A stretch of DNA of 55,406 nucleotides from Octopus bimaculoides (lineage: Eukaryota), in NCBI RefSeq assembly GCF_001194135.2, contig NC_069003.1, forward strand, positions 20,282,685 to 20,338,090, read 5' to 3'. Every line of letters begins with the position of its first letter. The stretch's first letter is position 1. The position numbers and the translations under genes were made by a program. Below, one piece after another: positions 46,514 through 55,406 of this stretch. The notes under the pieces were generated by a model, which did no database searches, was not told the DNA's origin, and saw only the letters and a list, made by a program, of their open reading frames with translations.

Positions 46514-47013
46514 NNNNNNNNNNNNNNNNNNNNNNNNNNNNNNNNNNNNNNNNNNNNNNNNNNNNNNNNNNNNNNNNNNNNNNNNNNNNNNNNNNNNNNN
46601 NNNNNNNNNNNNNNNNNNNNNNNNNNNNNNNNNNNNNNNNNNNNNNNNNNNNNNNNNNNNNNNNNNNNNNNNNNNNNNNNNNNNNNNNNNNNNNNNNNNN
46701 NNNNNNNNNNNNNNNNNNNNNNNNNNNNNNNNNNNNNNNNNNNNNNNNNNNNNNNNNNNNNNNNNNNNNNNNNNNNNNNNNNNNNNNNNNNNNNNNNNNN
46801 NNNNNNNNNNNNNNNNNNNNNNNNNNNNNNNNNNNNNNNNNNACCGATGCTGGTGTGTTTATGTCCCCGTAACTTAGCGGTTCGGCAAAAGAGAACGATA
46901 GAATAAGTACTAGGTTTCTAAAGAATAAGTCCTGGGGTCGATTTGCTCGACTAAAGGCGGTGCTCCAGCATGGCCACAGTCAAAAGACTGAAACAAGTAA
47001 AAGAATAAAAGAA
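46320..47013 (+). mobile_element. Young family A composite SINE spanning a gap
   Basis: Near-consensus head with intact CpGs (gtcccgggttcagtcccactgcgtgg), gap in the (TA)n linker, complete 3' module and (taaaagaa)n tail. Confidence 0.9.
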
Positions 47014-47024
47014 TATAAGAGATG

Positions 47025-47339
47025 TTAAGACATATGAAAGGCTTGTACGTGGACATAATATAAAATGCAGGTTATATCTGTGATCTTGGTGGTGGTGGTG
47101 GGGTCAAAAAACAGCAAATATTTTGCCATATGTGGACTTGACCCAAAAAGTTCAGTTCTTGAATTTAGATATGTAGCGGGGTCTAAAGAACTTTTCCAGA
47201 TAAGCCATCTTTCCATATTGCAAAGACCGTACTTTCTACTGCCGTTGGTGTAAGGCTTACACTTGGCCAAGATCTTCCAGTGGATCTTATAGTTGACACC
47301 TTTTCCCTTTAAGGACCATATATAACTGGGGAGAGTCAT
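47025..47339 (-). mobile_element. Penelope-like element GIY-YIG endonuclease C-terminal fragment
   Basis: TLPSYIWSLKGKGVNYKIHWKILAKCKPYTNGSRKYGLCNMERWLI..YLNSRTELFGSSPHMAKYLL matches the PLE pattern LSKYIWxLK..W.I..A..Y..CxLCxxEK..LNxRxEL..CxH..K.LL. Confidence 0.85.
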
Positions 47340-48419
47340 TCTCTTTTAGTGCCTTAGTACTTAACACACTCACCGGTTCAATTTCCACTCATTTACTAAT
47401 TTAGTTTTTCTAAAAATTTTGTTGCGTCTTGCAACCTCTTCAATAGTCATTGACTCTGTTTGTTATCAGAGTTGCGTTCTTTTTGTTTGTTTGTTTGTGC
47501 GCATATGTATGCATCAGTGTGCATGTGTATACATATATGTATGTGTTACATATATATANNNNNNNNNNNNNNNNNNNNNNNNNNNNNNNNNNNNNNNNNN
47601 NNNNNNNNNNNNNNNNNNNNNNNNNNNNNNNNNNNNNNNNNNNNNNNNNNNNNNNNNNNNNNNNNNNNNNNATATATATATATATATATATAATATAATA
47701 TCAAGTATGTTATAGAAAGTATGGGCTGTTTGCGGAGTGCTCATAGAGAGCCAATGCGAAAAAAATACTGAGTAGAAGAATTTGAAAACGCAAATCAAAG
47801 GCAGTCAAACAGGTTCCTGAACTCATAAATGAAGATATTCAATCAATGTAATTGAATCATATATATTTATACATATCAACATAAATCATGCGTGTACAGG
47901 TGTAAAGATTCTCCAAGAGTGTAAAGAATAAAACCAAACATACTAAAAAATATAGAAGAAATACAAAAACATATAAAAATGCATATAAAATTACATATAA
48001 ATAAAGATTACATGTAAAGAGATATGCGTGATAAATATAGGAGGCGCAAAACGAATGAGAGGTTGATAAATATAAGAACAAAAACATCAACCTTCAAAAT
48101 GGCAAACCGCCTAAATCGTTTAGAAATTCCTTATACATCTAGGATATAAGATAGAAGTGATGCAAGATATCAAGGTTAAGAAAAATTTATAAAATAGGAT
48201 CTGAAAATAGGAGCGTGTTCCATCTACGGCCGTTTCAAGGGTACATTACTGGTCAGGGTTAAAAATTACATAATCCATATATGCAATGTCGCCACCATCA
48301 GGATGATGTCCTCCTTGGCGTCTGCCATAATGCAATACAGTAGTATTGCTACCCAGTATTTATTTCCAGTAAATACCGGTTCATTGTTGCACCACTATTC
48401 TATTATATATATATATATA

Positions 48420-48854
48420 TAATACAAAGAATATATATGCATGTATACACACATATATGTACATACTTACATCTACATGTGTATATAGATGCATATCAGG
48501 GTAGAGGACGTTAGAACAATGAACTACAGACAACGGAACGAACACATAGGAAAACAGATAACCACTTGGAATAAATCCTTCGTCAGCTGCCTCTATTCTA
48601 ACTAGACGGATAGATATAGATAGGAACATAGGTAACACGGACAGACAAGCACACACACACATAAATGAAGAATGAAACATATGATCATATAAACACTTCA
48701 CACACAGACACACGTTTATACATATGCACACTGACGGACACACGTGCACAAACAAACAAAATAAACGCAGCTGTGATAACGGACAGAGTCAACGACTATA
48801 GAAGAGGTTGCAAAACGTAACGAAAATTTTAGAAAAAATAAATAAGTAAATGAG
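48420..48854 (-). mobile_element. Penelope-like terminal-repeat-like sequence
   Basis: 48420-48580 is nearly identical to 14540-14660, which abuts the PLE RT; 48720-48854 is an inverted copy (about 80%) of 47387-47530, which abuts the PLE endonuclease; contains CTGACGAagg on the minus strand. Confidence 0.6.
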
Positions 48855-49824
48855 NNNNNNNNNNNNNNNNNNNNNNNNNNNNNNNNNNNNNNNNNNNNNN
48901 NNNNNNNNNNNNNNNNNNNNNNNNNNNNNNNNNNNNNNNNNNNNNNNNNNNNNNNNNNNNNNNNNNNNNNNNNNNNNNNNNNNNNNNNNNNNNNNNNNNN
49001 NNNNNNNNNNNNNNNNNNNNNNNNNNNNNNNNNNNNNNNNNNNNNNNNNNNNNNNNNNNNNNNNNNNNNNNNNNNNNNNNNNNNNNNNNNNNNNNNNNNN
49101 NNNNNNNNNNNNNNNNNNNNNNNNNNNNNNNNNNNNNNNNNNNNNNNNNNNNNNNNNNNNNNNNNNNNNNNNNNNNNNNNNNNNNNNNNNNNNNNNNNNN
49201 NNNNNNNNNNNNNNNNNNNNNNNNNNNNNNNNNNNNNNNNNNNNNNNNNNNNNNNNNNNNNNNNNNNNNNNNNNNNNNNNNNNNNNNNNNNNNNNNNNNN
49301 NNNNNNNNNNNNNNNNNNNNNNNNNNNNNNNNNNNNNNNNNNNNNNNNNNNNNNNNNNNNNNNNNNNNNNNNNNNNNNNNNNNNNNNNNNNNNNNNNNNN
49401 NNNNNNNNNNNNNNNNNNNNNNNNNNNNNNNNNNNNNNNNNNNNNNNNNNNNNNNNNNNNNNNNNNNNNNNNNNNNNNNNNNNNNNNNNNNNNNNNNNNN
49501 NNNNNNNNNNNNNNNNNNNNNNNNNNNNNNNNNNNNNNNNNNNNNNNNNNNNNNNNNNNNNNNNNNNNNNNNNNNNNNNNNNNNNNNNNNNNNNNNNNNN
49601 NNNNNNNNNNNNNNNNNNNNNNNNNNNNNNNNNNNNNNNNNNNNNNNNNNNNNNNNNNNNNNNNNNNNNNNNNNNNNNNNNNNNNNNNNNNNNNNNNNNN
49701 NNNNNNNNNNNNNNNNNNNNNNNNNNNNNNNNNNNNNNNNNNNNNNNNNNNNNNNNNNNNNNNNNNNNNTGGGCGATTCTCTGTGGCGGCTTTCTGGCAA
49801 AAAAAAAGAAAAAGAAAAGAAAAA

Positions 49825-49990
49825 AAGGATGGTGAGCTGGTAGAATCGCTAGCATACCGGGCAAAATGCATAGCGGCATTTTGTGTGTCTTTATATTCTG
49901 AGTTCTAATTCTGCCGAGCACTGGGTCGATGTAATCGACTTACTCCCTCCTCCGGAAATTACTAGCATTGTGCCGAAATGTGAGAACTAA
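49825..49990 (+). mobile_element. Family C SINE with internal deletion
   Basis: ggtgagctggtagaatcgctagc..gagttctaattctgccgag joined to cactgggtcgatgtaatcgactt. Confidence 0.75.
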
Positions 49991-50224
49991 ACTTAATCAT
50001 TTAGCAGGGTCTGGCTTGGGTTAATTATCCTCTCAGTTATGGAGCCGGTGGGATAATCCAGAAGTGATGGGAAGAGACCAGATGGTCTTAGCCTCTGTCT
50101 CTGGGTAAGAGGTAGGTGCTTCACCTGGGGCGTCGCAGCCTGTGACTCTTTTGCTCCCTCCCACATCCTGGATGCTGCGGTAAATGGGAGGGTCACAGCT
50201 TCCGTAGCCGAACGGAACAAAACC

Positions 50225-51420
50225 CTGAAGTAACGGAGTGGCAACAGCTAAGAGTAGGTATTGCAGCTGGATGCACAATATTAGCCATTCTATTTGTGCT
50301 AGTCATGGAGATGTTACTAAGATCAACAAACTGTGAGAAAGCTGTTACAGAGACACTGTTAAGGGCTTTTATGGACGACATTACTGTATTATCAGAAAAT
50401 AGAGAAGCAACAGATGGAACGTTAGAGCGGTTGGACGGGTTAATAGGATGGGTGAGATTGAAATTCTAAGCCAAGAAATCTCGAAGTGTGGCATTCGTGA
50501 AAGGAGTCCAAAAAGAAGTGAAGTTCAGGATAGGAGACGAAGAAATACCAACGGTGAAAGAACAATCAATAAAAAAAAGTCTCGGCAGATGGTACAGTGA
50601 TTTATTAAATGATAAGAAGCAAGGCAAAGAAACGCGGATTAGTGGAACAGGGACTAGAGGCAATTGACAGAACAACATTATCGGGGAAATTCAAATGCTG
50701 GATACTGCAATTTGGACTGTACCCAAGGATTATGTAGCTATTGCAAATTTATCAAATAGCCTCGAGTAGAGTAGAAAGGATGGAATAAAGATGCAGTGTG
50801 TTAATCAGAAAATGGCTTGGTCTTCCGAAACCGCTGAATACAACTGCACTATATGGAAAACCCGTGCTGCAAGTACCAATAACATCAATCGTCGATGAAA
50901 ATAAGGCAGGAAAGGTGAGGACAGTAATGGTGCTAAGGTATTCGAAAGATCAGAACATCCGAGAAAACCCTCCAGAGGTACGAACAGGGATGAAATGGAA
51001 AGCGGAAGAAGCAGTAAACAGTGCGATAGGAAAGCTAAGGAATGCTAATATAGAATAAGCAAAAGCCGGTCTAGGGTTGCAAAATTTCAAACCATTTTGC
51101 ATGAGCAGTGTAAAAGAGATGAAGGAGTAGAAGAGAAGGGGCCGAAACCGGACGTGCTTCCTCCTGATGATGTTCTTAGCCCCTGGATCCTATAAAGGAA
51201 TTGTTGAGTTAGCGAACCACGAAACATGACTGGAGTTTTCCTTGTATTTTTATACATCTTTTGTTGGGAGACACTTGCAGATGCAGGTGTTACCAGTTGA
51301 AAGCTCCGCATACCGGATGCTAGCAAGTTTATGGGGTCATCAGGAGAGAATGCGCACCGTTTCAGGGCCTTCCTCTGGACGGCGTCATTGCGTACCGGTC
51401 TTTATCACTGAAACGAAGCT
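50225..51420 (+). mobile_element. R2/Hero-like non-LTR retrotransposon (restriction-like endonuclease type), decayed RT-to-C-terminus fragment
   Basis: EWQQLRVGIAAGCTILAILFVLVME, LRAFMDDITVL, KSRSV, SLGRWY, SGKFKCWILQFGLYPRI and RKWLGLPKPLNTTALYG..EVRTGMKWKAEEAV match motifs I associate with Hero-clade elements. Confidence 0.8.
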
Positions 51421-51894
51421 CCGCTTGCTAGATCAACTTGATGGAATACTATTTTGTTAATCTTACCCTAAGGCACGAACCATATTGATGAGTTTAGTCG
51501 AACATAGCAATACCTGTATTTACTTTTTAGTCTAGTTCTAATTCGTTCGAACTCGTGTGCGCAACCGCCAGGTAATAAGGACGTAAACAAACCAACACTG
51601 GTTGTCAAGAGATAAACACACACTCACACTCACCCCCATACATACATACATACGCGCGCGCAACGGGCTTTCACACACTTTCCATCTATCAAATCCTTTT
51701 AGAAGATATTGATTGGTTCATGGCTATAGTAGAAGAAACTTGCTCAGTGTGCTGCGCTGTAGAGCTTAACCCAAGACCATAAGGTTGTTAGGAATCAGGC
51801 TTCTTAACCACACAGCCAAGAGTTTCGTGCATTGGCACCTAGATACAACACACGAAACTCTCGGTCCTTGAGCCCATGCGTAACGACTACAGAT

Positions 51895-52030
51895 TATTCT
51901 TTTCTACACTAGGCACAAGGCCCGAAATTTTTGGGGAAGGGGCCGGTCGATTAAATCGATCCAGTACGCAACTGGTACTTAACTTATCGACCCCGAAAGG
52001 ATGAAAGTCAAAAAACGACCTCAGCGGAAC
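51895..52030 (-). mobile_element. Family C SINE fragment
   Basis: Reverse complement contains actttcatcctttcggggtcgataagttaagtaccagttgcgtactggatcgatttaatcgac. Confidence 0.75.
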
Positions 52031-52625
52031 GACTACCGATTATCGATAAAATAATATATACTTATGTTTTGAGTTCTATTTTCCTGTTTGCATCACCACA
52101 CACACACACGCGTGTATGTATAGATAACCTACCTTTTGCGTCACCCCGCCCCTTTACTGTCACCCGTTATTTGCACTTAAATAATTTATTTATTTCTAAT
52201 TGTTACAATCGATAGCACTTTTGAATTGTGGTAATTAATCAGTTTTGGAAGGTGGGTATGAGGGGTGATGGGCAGGAAACGTGAATTATACACCGACTTA
52301 AATATGTTGTTAAAAAAAAAAAATAGAAGTGCAATCGAAAATATTGACTGCTGCTTTTCCCTGGTTTAATTACATCATCATCATCATCATCTATGCATAT
52401 ATATATGTATACACATATACATATGCGTACACACACACACACATGCATATATATATGCAATTTATTACGGATTATGACTCGTAACTGGCCTGAACGAGTT
52501 TTCACTTCTGACTTATGGACAAAAAGACTGATATGTATGTGTATACACACACACACACACATGTTTGTATATGTATGCGTCTCTCTCTCTCTCTATATAT
52601 ATATATATAAATATGTATATATATA

Positions 52626-52678
<53 letters not shown>

Positions 52679-53430
52679 NNNNNNNNNNNNNNNNNNNNNN
52701 NNNNNNNNNNNNNNNNNNNNNNNNNNNNNNNNNNNNNNNNNNNNNNNNNNNNNNNNNNNNNNNNNNNNNNNNNNNNNNNNNNNNNNNNNNNNNNNNNNNN
52801 NNNNNNNNNNNNNNNNNNNNNNNNNNNNNNNNNNNNNNNNNNNNNNNNNNNNNNNNNNNNNNNNNNNNNNNNNNNNNNNNNNNNNNNNNNNNNNNNNNNN
52901 NNNNNNNNNNNNNNNNNNNNNNNNNNNNNNNNNNNNNNNNNNNNNNNNNNNNNNNNNNNNNNNNNNNNNNNNNNNNNNNNNNNNNNNNNNNNNNNNNNNN
53001 NNNNNNNNNNNNNNNNNNNNNNNNNNNNNNNNNNNNNNNNNNNNNNNNNNNNNNNNNNNNNNNNNNNNNNNNNNNNNNNNNNNNNNNNNNNNNNNNNNNN
53101 NNNNNNNNNNNNNNNNNNNNNNNNNNNNNNNNNNNNNNNNNNNNNNNNNNNNNNNNNNNNNNNNNNNNNNNNNNNNNNNNNNNNNNNNNNNNNNNNNNNN
53201 NNNNNNNNNNNNNNNNNNNNNNNNNNNNNNNNNNNNNNNNNNNNNNNNNNNNNNNNNNNNNNNNNNNNNNNNNNNNNNNNNNNNNNNNNNNNNNNNNNNN
53301 NNNNNNNNNNNNNNNNNNNNNNNNNNNNNNNNNNNNNNNNNNNNNNNNNNNNNNNNNNNNNNNNNNNNNNNNNNNNNNNNNNNNNNNNNNNNNNNNNNNN
53401 NNNNNNNNNNNNNNNNNNNNNNNNNNNNNN

Positions 53431-53475
<45 letters not shown>

Positions 53476-54230
53476 TATATACTTAAATTCTTTCTCACAC
53501 ACACGCACGAAATCTACACACATTAACACATACATGCATATATACGCTTAGAACACCACGTACATATACTTATATTAATACATAGATACACTCACACCAC
53601 ACGTATATAGACGATTATTTTAACACCTACCCGTGTTAATATAAAGCAAGAAACAACACATATACATATAAATATGAACACGTTCATATATACACATAAC
53701 ATATATGCGTTTATATCAACACAAATACATATATCAATAGAAAGAGAAACATATGTACGTGCACTCACATACATACACACACGCTAAATACATTTATACA
53801 TGCCACGCACACTAACAAACATATATGTGTATATATATCAGAAATAACACACATAAAAATACTTATACACTATGTATATGTGTGTGTATGTGCGTACACG
53901 CAGTATACACAAACTAAACAAACATACAATAAATGAATACGTATACACGATATACAAATACAACACACGCACATAAATATATATATATATACACAAACGC
54001 ATACGCAATACATACATGTACATGTACACAATATAGATATCGTTCACACAATTACATACACACTCATAAATGTACACACTATAGATAGGATTTACATATA
54101 TACACACATACGCACATACATATACACGTACACACGCACATACATACATATCCTGACACGTTTACACATACACGCACACACACATACATATCCTGACACA
54201 TTTACACATACACACACACACACACACAAA
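53431..54230. repeat. Degenerate (TA)/(CA) tract upstream of PAQR3-like ATG, with a 40-bp tandem duplication
   Basis: tcctgacac.tttacacatacac at 54151 and 54191 (period 40). Confidence 0.85.
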
Positions 54231-54232
54231 AC

Positions 54233-54552
54233 ATGGCGACTCAGTTTGCAGACGACGGTGGTTCCGCAAAAAGCAGTTTCGTTATCTTGGACCTTGAGGT
54301 GGATGCCGATAGTTTACTATCTTCATCGCCATCGTCATTATCTCCTTGTCTGTTGTGTTGTTGCGGTCGACACATGATGATGGTGGACAGGAAGAAGACT
54401 AACAACAAAGAGGAAAATAACTGCAAGAGCATCAGCAAAAATGAAGAAATCTCCCTTTATAGGGACCACGAGATCCCGGACTTTCTAAGGATCAACCGCT
54501 ACATTGTACGGGGCTATAGGTCCCTCCTGCCCGTCCATCTCTGTCTGAAAAG
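54233..54552 (+). CDS. PAQR3: First coding exon of a progestin and adipoQ receptor family member 3-like gene; later exons not identified in the window
   Basis: Good start context (aaacATGg). The end of the exon, LYRDHEIPDFLRINRYIVRGYRSLLPVHLCLK, matches the PAQR3 pre-TM motif as I recall it (LYTYEQIPGSLKDNPYITDGYRAYLPSRLCIKS). It ends AAAAG|gtaacg, a phase-2 donor that would complete the Ser of CLKS; the unspliced frame stops one codon later. Confidence 0.85.
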
Positions 54553-54571
54553 GTAACGGTCCGAAATTATA

Positions 54572-54602
<31 letters not shown>

Positions 54603-54811
54603 TTCATACATATGTATATGCATATGTTTATACATACATACATACATTTGTAGATGAATATGTTTATACATACATACATACATATGTATATGCATATGTT
54701 TATACATACATATGTATATATGTGTATAAATATATTCATACACATATTCTTTCTTTCTTTCTCACAAACACACTCTCTCTATATATGTGATGATGATGAT
54801 GATGAATAGTT

Positions 54812-54844
<33 letters not shown>

Positions 54845-55142
54845 TAATGTACATGTAGGTGAACTTGCAGTAATCAACGACCTCCGGTACTAAAAACCAA
54901 AAGAAAAACGGTAGGGACCATTCAGAGACGATGTGGATACATTTTTTATTTTACCCAATTTATAAATAAAAATCATCATATTTACATACGTGAACTAGTG
55001 TGAGCAAATATTAATCAAAACTGAGTTAATTAACCATTTAATGGTTTATTTTATATGTAGACTGCACCGGAGGTCGTTGTTTACATAGATATTCATCAGC
55101 TTTACTTTCAGTATAGAAATATGTGTGTATACATATGTATGC

Positions 55143-55198
55143 TTATCTATCTATCTATCTATCTATCTACCTATCTGTCTATCTATCTACCTACCTAC

Positions 55199-55251
<53 letters not shown>

Positions 55252-55255
55252 CATC
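55143..55255. repeat. (TCTA)n tetranucleotide microsatellite in the PAQR3-like intron 1
   Basis: Directly visible. Confidence 0.95.
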
Positions 55256-55406
55256 TACACACACACACACACATACACAATATCATGTTTGTTTCTTGTT
55301 TTCTTCGTTCTGTTTTTGTCTCATTCATTCATGTTTCTCTTACTCATTCACCTCTGACAGTGGTGGGTTAAAAAAAAATTTTTTCCTGTAATTTAAAATA
55401 TAAAAC

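Noticed and set aside
51819-51861. 11-bp stem, 21-nt loop hairpin
   Set aside because: Too short and isolated between two SINE fragments to assign; may be chance or a repeat remnant.
687-53551. Long X-filled ORFs in the supplied track (200-400 aa)
   Set aside because: They are read through N-gaps (948-1614, 15650-16144, 24471-25045, 31112-31798, 35014-35475, 37330-37946, 46514-46843, 48855-49769, 52679-53430 and smaller ones) and carry no coding information.
7147-55391. ORFs rich in YIYI, CVCV, HTHT, YLSI, DDDD or NQPT
   Set aside because: Translations of (TA)n, (TG)n, (CA)n, (TCTA)n, (GAT)n and (CCAA)n microsatellites, which lack stop codons in most frames.

Overview
AT-rich, repeat- and microsatellite-dense eukaryotic scaffold with 14 N-gaps, most abutting (TA)n tracts or young repeats. 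The repeat complement and microsatellite density point to a coleoid cephalopod, probably Octopus; this is an inference, not a database result. Two protein-coding features are well supported: an intronless ankyrin-repeat/SOCS-box (ASB-like) gene at 18886-20034 (+), and the first coding exon of a PAQR3-like gene at 54233-54552 (+) ending at a GT donor. A probable third gene of unknown identity has an exon on the - strand at 18465-18617, about 270 bp from the ASB start; its other exons are only tentative. The rest is mostly decayed mobile DNA: several RTE-type LINE lineages, a Hero/R2-like element, CR1/L2-group scraps, Penelope-like RT and GIY-YIG fragments, mariner relics, a hAT MITE, two TTAA-flanked piggyBac-like MITE families, at least three tRNA-derived SINE families and fold-back elements. 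No rRNA, intact tRNA gene or CRISPR array is supported, and I found no convincing new biological system. The most interesting observations are a twin-priming-like 5'-inverted RTE insertion, a near-intact Penelope-type hammerhead ribozyme motif, the ASB/unknown-gene arrangement, a CpG mosaic, and several long inverted repeats that could form dsRNA. Repeat boundaries are by eye (about +/-20 bp); family names rest on remembered motifs and need a Dfam/Repbase check.
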